Positions 19,906 through 29,587 of a stretch of DNA of 61,147 nt are shown in pieces. Below the pieces are notes generated by a model that did no database searches, had not been told where the DNA came from, and saw nothing but the letters and a program-made list of their open reading frames with translations. The DNA lies in assembly GCA_016929895.1 (NCBI GenBank), contig JAFGHW010000048.1, positions 1-61,147 of the forward strand, read 5' to 3'. Source of the stretch: Candidatus Woesearchaeota archaeon (GTDB lineage Archaea; Nanobdellota; Nanobdellia; Woesearchaeales; ARS49). Every line of letters begins with the position of its first letter. Position 1 is the stretch's first letter. Position numbers and translations under genes: made by a program.

Positions 19906-21117
19906 ATGGAAAAAAAAATAAGTGTAGTACATCCATTTTTTACACAATATGGCGGCGCAGAAAAAGTAGTTCTTGATATGGCAAAACATTTTGTTGATAA
20001 ATACGGCGAATGTAATCTATACACTTCTGTTTTTGATAAATCGTTTGAAAAAACAGTCAGAGGAGTGAAAGATCTCAATATTATCGCATTGAAGAGAAAG
20101 GTTGTTGGAAAAGCAATATTCGGAGATAAGTTTAATCCTTTTTTGCTTGTCGATATGTTGAGATTATCGAGAAAGATCAAAAAGTCCGATTTTATAATAA
20201 CAACTAACTGGCCTTCTAACATCCCTGTTTATTTATCTAAAAGATTTTTTAATAATAAAACTACGCCATCATTTTTTTTCTGTTTCGAGCCTGATCACGG
20301 TCTGCATCATAAAGAAATGATGACATCGCAATATGTGAGCAACGATTATATTAAACTTAAATTGATATCAATAATCTTTTTTCCATTTCGGTTATTAGAT
20401 AAATTTATTGTTAACCAGGAAAAGATTATTCTCACCTTAAGCGAGTATGTAAAACAAAAAATAAAAGTAGTATTTGGAAATGCCTCGCATAACAAAACAT
20501 TTCCGATACTGCATGATTATATAGATACAAAAAGGATAATAATTAAAAAGCCCAAAAGAAATTTAATAACTTTTTTCTCTCTCTGCAGGCTTGAGAAATC
20601 AAAAAATGTTAATATGATAATAACTGCATTTAAAATGCTTCAGAACAAAAATAAGAATACAAAACTTCTTATCGGGGGAACAGGACCTGAAGAAACCAGG
20701 CTAAAAAAACTAGCAGAGAGCACGAAAACAATAAAGTTCCTAGGATTTGTTAAAGATAAAGAACTTTCCAATTATTACGTTAATGCGGATATTTTTGTTT
20801 TTGCAGGAACAAGAGAATCGGCAGGGCCTCTTACGCTTATCCAGGCCATGGCATACGGAAAGGCCTGTATTGCTCCGGACGATGGTGGGTCTATTGAGAT
20901 TATCGAAAATGGAAAAGACGGAATATTTTTCAAAGCGCATTCTACAAATAGCCTATATAAGAAAATGAAACATTTGTCAGAAAACAAGAACAAAAGAAAA
21001 GTACTTGGAATAAATGCAAGGAAAAAAGCATTAGCTTCTTATTCAGCAAAGCATTTCTTTTCTGTAGTAGATACTGTAATAGAACATCCGGAGAAATTTC
21101 TTTTTCGAATTGCCTAA
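19906..21117 (+). CDS. GT4 glycosyltransferase
   Basis: 403 aa with GTRESAGPLTLIQAMAYGKACIAPDDGGSIEII (E-x7-E region). Confidence 0.85.
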   Translation: MEKKISVVHPFFTQYGGAEKVVLDMAKHFVDKYGECNLYTSVFDKSFEKTVRGVKDLNIIALKRKVVGKAIFGDKFNPFLLVDMLRLSRKIKKSDFIITTNWPSNIPVYLSKRFFNNKTTPSFFFCFEPDHGLHHKEMMTSQYVSNDYIKLKLISIIFFPFRLLDKFIVNQEKIILTLSEYVKQKIKVVFGNASHNKTFPILHDYIDTKRIIIKKPKRNLITFFSLCRLEKSKNVNMIITAFKMLQNKNKNTKLLIGGTGPEETRLKKLAESTKTIKFLGFVKDKELSNYYVNADIFVFAGTRESAGPLTLIQAMAYGKACIAPDDGGSIEIIENGKDGIFFKAHSTNSLYKKMKHLSENKNKRKVLGINARKKALASYSAKHFFSVVDTVIEHPEKFLFRIA

Positions 21118-21141
21118 TGCTTTTTATAGTGTTTTTGCTAT

Positions 21142-22509
21142 ATGTTTTTAAAATTCGAAAAATTTATAAATAACCTTGAAGTGTTTTATTTACCCGAGGA
21201 AGGAGACTATAAGCACAATGTAGGTATTAGAATGGATAAACAGCCAAAAATTGCGTTGATACAGCCTGATAGCCCTTTTTTAACATGCCCTCTTGCTTTT
21301 CCAAATCTTGGTTTAATTTATATTTCATCGTATCTTAGAAAGAATGGCATGTCCAATGTAGAATTTTATGATTTAACAGGGGGCGGAAAACTTCCAGACA
21401 ACCTCCGGGCAGATATTTTTGGTTTTTCTTCTCAAATAACCCAATTTGAAAACGTTGTTGAAATAAGCAAACAACTTAGGAAGAATAATCCGAATTCGCT
21501 TTTTGTCATAGGGGGGCCATTCTCAAGCCACAGCCCTAAAATTTGTTTGAATGCGGGTTTTGATATAGCTGTGATAGGAGAAGGCGAGATTGCTTTTTTA
21601 CAAATCATAAAGGAGTTCCCAAACGCAAGAAAAGGAGAGCATATTTCAAAAACATTTGTAGACCCAAATGGTTTATTTCCTGATTGGGATGCAATAAATC
21701 CATTAAGATATAAATACCAATTAGAAGGAAAACGATGCGTAAACATAATGACAAAAAGAGGAAATTGCCCGTATCACTGCACTTTCTGCGCAAAATCTGA
21801 GGCAGGAAAAAGCCCATTGAGATTCAGAAGTGTTAATGATGTACTGGATGAAGTAAAATACCTAAAAAACAAATATGGATTTGGTTCTATTGCAATTTAC
21901 GATGATGATGTTCTTATAGACAAAAAAAGAGATATGGAAATATTCGGGGGATTAAAGCAGCTAGGAATGCCTTACAGATGTATGACCCGAGCGAATCTAG
22001 CGACAAGAGACGATTTAAAATATCTTAAAGAAACAGGATGTGCTGAAATTTGTGTTGGGATTGAAACAGCAGATCCTTTCATACACGAAAAAGTAATAAG
22101 AAAAGGCACAACAATAGAGCAAAGTACAGAGTTTATCAGAAACTGCAAGGAGTTAGGGCTTAGGGTTAAAGCCTTTCTTATGATAGGATTACCGAGCGAA
22201 AGCAGAGAAACAGTTGAAAAAACAAAACAATGGCTAAAATCTGTAAAACCAGATAACTTTGACATATCTGTATTTACACCATATCCTGGTTCTGATATTT
22301 ATGAGCACAAAGACAACTACGAGATTGATTGGGACGAAAATTATTTAAAGACAATCTGGTTTTCAGGAGAAGCACAATACGGTCGCTGTGCTGTAAGAAC
22401 ACCTTATCTTTCTTCAGATGAAATTCTGAAATTAAAGAACGAGATAGAACAGGAGTTTGGTAGAAAAGAAGGAGGCGCCACTGATTATTGGGGGCCCTTA
22501 AAAGAATAA
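21142..22509 (+). CDS. B12-binding-domain radical SAM enzyme (class B)
   Basis: The B12-like domain reads KIALIQPDSP...LGLIYISSYL. CPYHCTFC lies at nt 21766-21789. The true start may be the internal ATG near 21232 (MDKQPKIALIQ). Confidence 0.85.
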   Translation: MFLKFEKFINNLEVFYLPEEGDYKHNVGIRMDKQPKIALIQPDSPFLTCPLAFPNLGLIYISSYLRKNGMSNVEFYDLTGGGKLPDNLRADIFGFSSQITQFENVVEISKQLRKNNPNSLFVIGGPFSSHSPKICLNAGFDIAVIGEGEIAFLQIIKEFPNARKGEHISKTFVDPNGLFPDWDAINPLRYKYQLEGKRCVNIMTKRGNCPYHCTFCAKSEAGKSPLRFRSVNDVLDEVKYLKNKYGFGSIAIYDDDVLIDKKRDMEIFGGLKQLGMPYRCMTRANLATRDDLKYLKETGCAEICVGIETADPFIHEKVIRKGTTIEQSTEFIRNCKELGLRVKAFLMIGLPSESRETVEKTKQWLKSVKPDNFDISVFTPYPGSDIYEHKDNYEIDWDENYLKTIWFSGEAQYGRCAVRTPYLSSDEILKLKNEIEQEFGRKEGGATDYWGPLKE

Positions 22510-22511
22510 AA

Positions 22512-23663
22512 ATGGAAAAAGCACGTTACTCTTTGAATGAACCTTACTTAAAAGGAAAAGAAAAAGAATATGTTCTTGATGTTCTTGATTCTGGCTGGTT
22601 ATCTGTGAAAGGAAAACATACTAAAATTTTTGAAGAAAAATTTGCGCAGATGGTTGGTTTAAAATATGCTTTGGCTCTCCAAAGCGGAACTGCTGCTTTG
22701 CATACCACTCTTTTATCTTTAGGAATCGGCAAAAATGATAAAGTTGTTGTTCCAAACTTTACCTGCGCGGGGTGTGTAACTTCAGTAATACAGTGCGGCG
22801 CTACTCCGGTAATATTAGATGTAGAAAATGAATCCTTTGGTTTAAATATTAATAATGTAAACGAATTTCTAAAAAAAGAGAAGCCGAAAGCAATTATGTT
22901 AGTACATATATATGGCTTCCCCGCGAGAGATACTAAAGAAATAGCAGAACTTTGCAAGAAGGAAAACATCTTTTTGATTGAAGATTGTTGTGAGGCACAT
23001 GGCGCAGAGCTAGGCGATCAGAGAGTAGGAAAATTTGGAGACATTGCAGTATTTTCTGTAAGAAGCGAGAAGATGATTGGGGTTGGAGAGGGAGGGCTGA
23101 TTTTGACAGATAATAAAGAGTTGATTGACAAAGCTTTTTATTGGGCAACTAGGGCATCGCCTCATAGAGGAAATGAACACCCTTATTGGAAAATGTATTC
23201 TTATTCAGGTATAGGAATGAATTATTTAATGCCCCACTTATTAGGAGCAGTTGGAAGAGCGCAAATAGAAAACTTTGATGAGATTTTGTTACGTAAAAGG
23301 ATGGTTGGAGAAAAATATCAATCTGTTTTCAAAAACATTGATGGACAAAGGGTGCAGAAAAAGATTGATGGTAGCAATCCTTCTTATTGGTTAAACATGG
23401 TGCTTCTAGAAGATAAATCAAAAGACGAAGTTAGAAAAATAGGAGAAAAATTGATAGAGAAAGGTTTGGTAATTCGTCCACCTTTCTGGCCGTTAGGAAA
23501 CCAAGATGTATTTAAGAAATTTGCTTTTGGAAGCCAAAAAGTAGGAAATTTATTGTTTGAAAAAGGGATAATCCTTCCGTCTTCAGTGTTCCTTGCGGAT
23601 GATGGATGCAAAGGCGTTGAAGAGATTGCAGAAATATTATTTGATGTTCTAAAAATGTTTTAA
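22512..23663 (+). CDS. DegT-family PLP sugar aminotransferase
   Basis: The ATG at 22512 lies 2 nt after the radical SAM gene stop; the track start at 22488 overlaps that gene. The PLP lysine sits in FSVRSEKMIGVGEGG. Confidence 0.85.
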   Translation: MEKARYSLNEPYLKGKEKEYVLDVLDSGWLSVKGKHTKIFEEKFAQMVGLKYALALQSGTAALHTTLLSLGIGKNDKVVVPNFTCAGCVTSVIQCGATPVILDVENESFGLNINNVNEFLKKEKPKAIMLVHIYGFPARDTKEIAELCKKENIFLIEDCCEAHGAELGDQRVGKFGDIAVFSVRSEKMIGVGEGGLILTDNKELIDKAFYWATRASPHRGNEHPYWKMYSYSGIGMNYLMPHLLGAVGRAQIENFDEILLRKRMVGEKYQSVFKNIDGQRVQKKIDGSNPSYWLNMVLLEDKSKDEVRKIGEKLIEKGLVIRPPFWPLGNQDVFKKFAFGSQKVGNLLFEKGIILPSSVFLADDGCKGVEEIAEILFDVLKMF

Positions 23664-23759
23664 TGAATATTCAATTTAGGAAGCATTACATTGTTAATAA
23701 AGTATATCTATTCATTTAAACTATCTAATAGTCTTCTTTTTAAGATTTTTAGATTAATA

Positions 23760-24386
23760 TTATTTTTTTAGGCAAGTTCTAATATCATTAATACTTTCTA
23801 TGATTAAATCTGGTTTGTAATTTTCTAAAAATTTTCTGGCGCGTAAGCCTGTTAAAACTGCTATTGTTTGTATTCCAAGATTTTTTCCAACACTAATCTC
23901 TTCTTCTGTGTCTCCTACAATTACTGATTGATCTTTAGCGAATAAACTACTTTTTAAAATCAGATCTTTCTTAGAAACAGTCCCAGAAACAAGAATTTCA
24001 TCAAAAATATTTAAAATCTTCATTTTTCTTAGCTGCGTGAACAGATTATTTTTATTTTTTCTTTTGGTTAGAAGAATTACTTTATTATTTTCTTTTAATT
24101 TTTTAATACTTTCAATAGAATTAGCAATTAATCTATCAAATTCCAGAAATTTTTCATCTTCGATCATGTCTTTTCTTTTTTCCATATATCCCTGTATAAA
24201 GTTTTCATTATTAAATGTTTTTTTTATAATCTCCTCCTCTGGAATTTTTATTTTTTTAAGATTCCAATATTCTATTTTTGATAATATTCTTTTTTCTTTC
24301 ATTAAATCTCTGTAAATAGAATATAGCTTATCTGAGTTATCGATGATAACTCCATCAAAATCGCAAAAAATAACCTTATTTTTCAT
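23760..24386 (-). CDS. HAD-superfamily phosphatase/hydrolase
   Basis: 208 aa with HAD motif I FCDFDGVII, motif II LLTKR and motif IV VGDTEEE. Confidence 0.75.
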   Translation of the reverse strand: MKNKVIFCDFDGVIIDNSDKLYSIYRDLMKEKRILSKIEYWNLKKIKIPEEEIIKKTFNNENFIQGYMEKRKDMIEDEKFLEFDRLIANSIESIKKLKENNKVILLTKRKNKNNLFTQLRKMKILNIFDEILVSGTVSKKDLILKSSLFAKDQSVIVGDTEEEISVGKNLGIQTIAVLTGLRARKFLENYKPDLIIESINDIRTCLKK

Positions 24387-26370
24387 TCTTAAACCACTCT
24401 ATTTCTCTTCTCAAACCTTCGTCAATGTCTATTTTAGGAGTGTATTCAAGTTCTTTTGCTCGTGATATGTCAAACACAAAGTCAACATTTGGTTTTTGTC
24501 TTTTTTCAAACTCTATATCTACATTTACTCCGGCTAATTCAATAACTTTTTTTGCAATTTCTTTGATAGAGTAAATGTTCCCTGTGGCAATATTATAAAC
24601 TCCACCCCCTTTTTCTATCGCGGCGATAATAAAATTAACAACATCATCAATATAAATAAAATCTCGTTTGTCTGAACCATTCCCGTATATTACCAAATTT
24701 TGTTTATTTACCGCTTTCTTTATAAAATTAAGAATTGCGCGATTTAAGACTTCTCCGGGGCCATACACGTTTGTTAATCTTAGTATAACTAATTGTATAT
24801 CGTTCTCTTTTGTGTATTCTTTTAGAAAATTTTCTGCAATAACCTTACTTTTGCCATAATTGGATAATGGATTCTGCGGATGAGTTTCAAAGATTATCCC
24901 TTGCCGCGGAATTCCATAAGTTTCGCAGGTACTAATGAAAACAAATCGGCATCCCTTCTTCAAGAGTTTTACCAGATTCATTGTTCCGCTAACATTAACT
25001 TTTTTTGCTGATTCTTCATTGTCTTCATCTTTTGACTTTGGAACATATGCCGCTAAATGCAAAATAATATCGATCTTTTCAAAATCTGATTGAAATTTCA
25101 ATAAATTCTCTCTATTAGTTAAATCGCATTCTATAAGTTTGATATTATTATCCTTTATCAAAGATCGTAATTCCTTGCTAACACATCTTTCCAGGATGCA
25201 AATGTTTTCATACTTTTTAATAACGCTCTTTAATAAATTAATTCCTATATGGCCTCCAGCCCCGGTAATTAAAATATGTTTAGAAAAAACATCCTCCTTC
25301 TTTTTAATAGATTCTTTTATTTTTTTCAGCTTTTCCTCGTGCATATTTAAATGATTTATGTCAGTTAAAACAGGTATAAAGTCAATTCCTCTTATCCATA
25401 CAAGTCCGTCTTGCAAAGGATTTATCCTTTTAGTTATGCTGGGCAAAGATTCATTGAAAGCCAGTTTAATAAAAATATACGGCATGTTCAATCCGGCTTT
25501 AGTAAAAAATTCATGCGTTGTAAAAAATCTGCCTATATTTATCTCGGTGGGATTTGGAATGCCATTCTTGTCGTAAGTAAAATCCACTGAAAAAATACCA
25601 TTTGGCCTTCGGTCAATTGCAAATATTGTTTTTTGAGCGAGTTCATCCAAAACAGAATCAGAAAAAGTCATTCCCCCCCCAGTTGCTCCCGAAATTCCTG
25701 AGGGCGCTAATTTTGCAAGTTCCCAGTATAATCTTTTTCTTCCTTGAGCAACAATAAGTTCTCCATTTTTCCATATTGACTGCCATGTTACTGAATCAGG
25801 AGTTAGACATTCTGCGGCAGAATATTTTTTCCACCCTTTTTTAAAATCAACCCAGGACTTTGCTGTTTCGAAATCACCAACAGCAATAGATCCTCTGCCT
25901 CCTGCGCCAGTAATATCTCTAATCCATATTTTTTTGCCAAATATCTCAAATGCTTTCTTTAAATCTTCTTCATTGTTAAGCATCATTGTTTTAGGCTGTT
26001 TTATTCCAGCTTTTTTCCATTTCTCGAACGATTTAAACTTATCAAGGCATATTTCAACAGTTTTTTTGTCTGGCAAAAATGTTTTTATGTTAAGTTGGTC
26101 TCTATTTTTTGAGATATATTCCATTTCGGCATCATTTTGAACATGAAGAAATTCTAGACCATGTTTTTTAATAATATAATTAAGAATGTGTATGTAATCT
26201 TTTGCAGAAGCGGGCGGAACGAGATATTTCTCATTGGTCTCGGCTCTGCATAGATAATGCTTGTCGCAATCGGTGCCAACTACAAAAAACTCATCGTTAG
26301 AAGCTTTAAGCGATCTTACAAAATTTGTTGCAGGACTTCCACCAGCCCCCGTGATAAGCAACTTTTTCAT
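24376..26370 (-). CDS. Fusion protein: ATP-grasp ligase domain (N-terminal) plus NAD-dependent epimerase/dehydratase SDR domain (C-terminal)
   Basis: 664 aa. The N-terminal half has MKKLLITGAGGSPATNF and ITGAGGRGS, an ATP-grasp pattern. The C-terminal half has ILITGAGGHIGINL and YGKSK (catalytic YxxxK). Confidence 0.72.
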   Translation of the reverse strand: MKKLLITGAGGSPATNFVRSLKASNDEFFVVGTDCDKHYLCRAETNEKYLVPPASAKDYIHILNYIIKKHGLEFLHVQNDAEMEYISKNRDQLNIKTFLPDKKTVEICLDKFKSFEKWKKAGIKQPKTMMLNNEEDLKKAFEIFGKKIWIRDITGAGGRGSIAVGDFETAKSWVDFKKGWKKYSAAECLTPDSVTWQSIWKNGELIVAQGRKRLYWELAKLAPSGISGATGGGMTFSDSVLDELAQKTIFAIDRRPNGIFSVDFTYDKNGIPNPTEINIGRFFTTHEFFTKAGLNMPYIFIKLAFNESLPSITKRINPLQDGLVWIRGIDFIPVLTDINHLNMHEEKLKKIKESIKKKEDVFSKHILITGAGGHIGINLLKSVIKKYENICILERCVSKELRSLIKDNNIKLIECDLTNRENLLKFQSDFEKIDIILHLAAYVPKSKDEDNEESAKKVNVSGTMNLVKLLKKGCRFVFISTCETYGIPRQGIIFETHPQNPLSNYGKSKVIAENFLKEYTKENDIQLVILRLTNVYGPGEVLNRAILNFIKKAVNKQNLVIYGNGSDKRDFIYIDDVVNFIIAAIEKGGGVYNIATGNIYSIKEIAKKVIELAGVNVDIEFEKRQKPNVDFVFDISRAKELEYTPKIDIDEGLRREIEWFKNEK

Positions 26371-26457
26371 TGATGTCTCCTAGTGTTTCAAAATATATAG
26401 CAAAATATATAAATGTTGCGTATTTGCTCTTAGAGACAGTGGGAGGTTATTTAAATA

Positions 26458-27216
26458 ATGTTCAAAAAAAGTATTAGTGTAGTTATTCCTGCGTATAATG
26501 AAGAAGAACTGATAGAAAAAACAACTTTAGATCTTAAGAAATACTTGTCTTCTTTGAAATTAAAAAACCTAATAAGCTCTTATGAAATAATTATTTCTGT
26601 AAACGGATCCAAGGATAGAACAGAAGAATTTTCAAGAAATCTTTCTAAAAAGTATAATAACATAAAGTGCATTGTGACACGAAAAAAAGGAATGGGCCTT
26701 GCTTTAAGAAACGGCATTAAAGCATCTTCGAAAGACTTGATAACTTTCATTGCTGCAGATGGCGAAGCTTTAACTGATTTTATTGAAAGAGCGATTCTCA
26801 CTTTAAATCATTATGACTTTATCAGCGGTTCAAGATATCTTGTTAAAAATCAAGTAAAGGGCTCAAGCTTTTTAAGACTATTCTTAAGTATGGGGTTTGC
26901 TTTTTTTATAAAAATCTTTTTTTCAACGAGATTTAGCGAAGTTGGAACAGTAAAATTATTCGAACGAAAATGGGCCCAAAGAATAATTGATAAATGTAAA
27001 AGAAATGACGCAAGTTGGCAAGTGGAAATATTGTATTATGCATTAACAAGCGGTTTGAAAATAAAAGAAATACCAGTTTATATCAAGATAAAAAAAGAAG
27101 GAAGAAAATCAAAAGTTAAAATCTTAAGAGAAATTTATTATTTCTTGATGACCACATTAAAATTTAGTCTTGCTTTAAGACTTAACCAATTTAAAAAATT
27201 ATTAAGAAAGTTTTAG
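26458..27216 (+). CDS. GT2 glycosyltransferase
   Basis: 252 aa with VVIPAYNEE, VNGSKDRT and IAADGE. A GGGAGGT Shine-Dalgarno-like sequence lies about 10 nt upstream. Confidence 0.85.
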   Translation: MFKKSISVVIPAYNEEELIEKTTLDLKKYLSSLKLKNLISSYEIIISVNGSKDRTEEFSRNLSKKYNNIKCIVTRKKGMGLALRNGIKASSKDLITFIAADGEALTDFIERAILTLNHYDFISGSRYLVKNQVKGSSFLRLFLSMGFAFFIKIFFSTRFSEVGTVKLFERKWAQRIIDKCKRNDASWQVEILYYALTSGLKIKEIPVYIKIKKEGRKSKVKILREIYYFLMTTLKFSLALRLNQFKKLLRKF

Positions 27217-28202
27217 ATATTGATTGTTCTATTTTTTTCCCCAGAATCTAAAATTGCTAAGGCAATCCGAAGAACTTTTCTTGCCTGTTCTGGTTTTATT
27301 AATACTTCTTCTTTTCCTAGAACGCTGTTAACAAAATTTTGAATCTCTAATCTTAATGGCTCGTCTTTTATTACTGGAAAACTTGTTACTTTTCCAACAG
27401 ACACATAACCACCCTGAAAAATATTTTCTTTTTCTTCTGAAAAATCTGCATTTTCATAAAAATCGATTCTTTGCTGATCATAAGAACATTTAAGCATCCC
27501 TTTTGTTCCGTAAATTTCTATTTCTCTCAATCTTTTTGGCGATATCCAACTTATTTCACAAGATCCTTTTACTTTGTTTTCAATGTCAAGCAGTATTTTT
27601 GCGTAAATCTCTTGTTTTTCTTCAACAATTAACTTAGAATAAACCTCTTTTATATCGCCAATAAGATATTCTATAACATCAATATCATGAACTGCTAAGT
27701 CTATAAGAACTCCTCCGGGAGAACCATATAATCTCTTTGGAAAAGGTCCAATTCTAGAAGTTTTAACAAGATAAGGTTTTCCTATTTGATTATTTTTTAT
27801 CAATTCTTTTAATTTGGTAACTGTAGGATTAAACCTTTCAACATGACCAACAGTTAATATTTTGTTTTTCTGTTTTGCCAAATTAACCATTTCATCTGCA
27901 TCTTCGATTGTTTCTGTTATTGGTTTTTCAACCATAACATGCGTATTATGTTCAAGACATTTTAAAACAACATCTTTATGATATTTTGTAGGAACCGCCG
28001 CGATAACTGCATCTGGTTTTTCTTTTTCAAGCATTTCGATATGATTACTATAACCTTTTACATTATATTTTTCTTTTGCAAAATTTAATTTCTCAGGATT
28101 TGATTCAGATATAACTATTTCTGTAATTCCAGGCATTGTAGAAGAGATTCTCAAATGATGCGAACCCATTGCTCCTATTCCTATTATTCCTAGTTTTATC
28201 AT
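27213..28202 (-). CDS. Gfo/Idh/MocA-family NAD-dependent sugar oxidoreductase (WbpB-like)
   Basis: 329 aa with a Rossmann motif LGIIGIGAMGSHH and the EKP motif (MVEKPI). Confidence 0.82.
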   Translation of the reverse strand: MIKLGIIGIGAMGSHHLRISSTMPGITEIVISESNPEKLNFAKEKYNVKGYSNHIEMLEKEKPDAVIAAVPTKYHKDVVLKCLEHNTHVMVEKPITETIEDADEMVNLAKQKNKILTVGHVERFNPTVTKLKELIKNNQIGKPYLVKTSRIGPFPKRLYGSPGGVLIDLAVHDIDVIEYLIGDIKEVYSKLIVEEKQEIYAKILLDIENKVKGSCEISWISPKRLREIEIYGTKGMLKCSYDQQRIDFYENADFSEEKENIFQGGYVSVGKVTSFPVIKDEPLRLEIQNFVNSVLGKEEVLIKPEQARKVLRIALAILDSGEKNRTINI

Positions 28203-28648
28203 TTTTCTAATTTTTTTATCTCAACATTTCTATTTTCATCTACATAAACTTTAGCCACCACTTTAGCTGGAATCCCCATTGCAACTGAAGAATCAGGAAT
28301 ATCTTTGGTAACAACAGAACCAGACCCGATTATGCATTGTTTTCCTATTTTCACACCCATCATTATAGTCGAGTTTGCTCCTATAAACGTATTATCGCCT
28401 ATCTTTACAGGTTTGCTCTCGATAATAACCCTATTTATTGTTCCATCTTCATTGAATTTCTTATTTGCCACACATCTTTTAGCTGAACTATGAGTGTATA
28501 TATGCACTCCAGCGCTGATATCACAATTAATACCTATCTCAAGTTCACCACTGCCGTCTATGACAGTAAAAGGACCAATCCAAGTTCCTTTACCAATTTT
28601 AGGGTTTCCGACGATTACCGCATGTTCATTATAATTATTTTTTTCCAT
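28199..28648 (-). CDS. Hexapeptide-repeat (left-handed beta-helix) sugar N-acetyltransferase (WbpD-like)
   Basis: 149 aa with the hexapeptide run IGDNTFIGANSTIMMGVKIGKQCIIGSGSVV. It shares a 4-nt overlap with the downstream gene. Confidence 0.82.
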   Translation of the reverse strand: MEKNNYNEHAVIVGNPKIGKGTWIGPFTVIDGSGELEIGINCDISAGVHIYTHSSAKRCVANKKFNEDGTINRVIIESKPVKIGDNTFIGANSTIMMGVKIGKQCIIGSGSVVTKDIPDSSVAMGIPAKVVAKVYVDENRNVEIKKLEK

Positions 28649-29587
28649 TTAATATCTTTCGGGATTTTCAGCAATTTCTTTTGCGAATTCTGCTAAGCCG
28701 TCTTTGGCATCAACCGTAACCTTGAATCCAAGCATTTTTTGAATCTTGGTTATGTCTGCTCTTCTTTCATTTACTATCACTTTTCTTCCATCAAATTCAG
28801 GCACAACCTGTGCATCTAAGCTGTTAATCAATATATACGCCAAATCTTTTATTGTAGTAGAAACTCCAGTTCCTACATTGAATATCTCATTTTCAACGTT
28901 ATTTTTCATTGCGAGAATATTTGCCTGTACAATATCCTTAACATTTACAAAATCCATTGATTGCTTTCCTTCTCCGGCGATAATTGGACGTTCTTTGTTA
29001 ATAATTCTTTTAATAAACACACTGATAACAGAAGTATAATATGCGTCAGGTTTTTGACCACTTCCGTACACGTTAAAATATCTAAGAATATTGTATTTTA
29101 GTCCAGAACGGGCATAAAACTTTAACAATTGCTCGCTTGCTAATTTTGCTAAGCAATAAGGCGTGACTGGATTTAATTCAGCATCTTCTTTCATCGGAAG
29201 CACTTTTGGGTCTCCATACACAGAAGCAGAAGACGAAAAAATAATTCTTTTGATATTATGTTCAAGAGCAGATTTAAACACATTATTTGACCCAAGTAAA
29301 TTAATTTCAATAGATTCTTTAGGAAATTTGATACTATAATTGATACAAACCGCAACAAGATGGAATACATACTTGACGCCTTCCATTGCTTTATCAACAT
29401 CGCCCTTGTTTCTTACATCTCCCTTAAAAAATTCGACTTTATCAGAATCAATTAAATCTTTTAATGACTCTGTGCCAGAACGGTTTAAATTGTCTAAAAC
29501 CCGAACATCATGCCCTTCCTTAACCAGTTCTCTAACTAAATTACTCCCTATAAATCCTGTTCCTCCTGTCACTAATATTTTGCTCAT
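28649..29587 (-). CDS. NAD-dependent nucleotide-sugar epimerase/dehydratase (extended SDR)
   Basis: 312 aa with VTGGTGFIGSNL, SSASVYG and YCLAK (YxxxK). Confidence 0.85.
   Translation of the reverse strand: MSKILVTGGTGFIGSNLVRELVKEGHDVRVLDNLNRSGTESLKDLIDSDKVEFFKGDVRNKGDVDKAMEGVKYVFHLVAVCINYSIKFPKESIEINLLGSNNVFKSALEHNIKRIIFSSSASVYGDPKVLPMKEDAELNPVTPYCLAKLASEQLLKFYARSGLKYNILRYFNVYGSGQKPDAYYTSVISVFIKRIINKERPIIAGEGKQSMDFVNVKDIVQANILAMKNNVENEIFNVGTGVSTTIKDLAYILINSLDAQVVPEFDGRKVIVNERRADITKIQKMLGFKVTVDAKDGLAEFAKEIAENPERY

Noticed and set aside
21142-21231. The 30-aa N-terminal extension of the second class B radical SAM might be a distinct leader or small ORF.
   Set aside because: It is in frame and has no features. 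It most likely reflects uncertainty between two candidate ATG starts (21142 versus about 21232), not a separate element.
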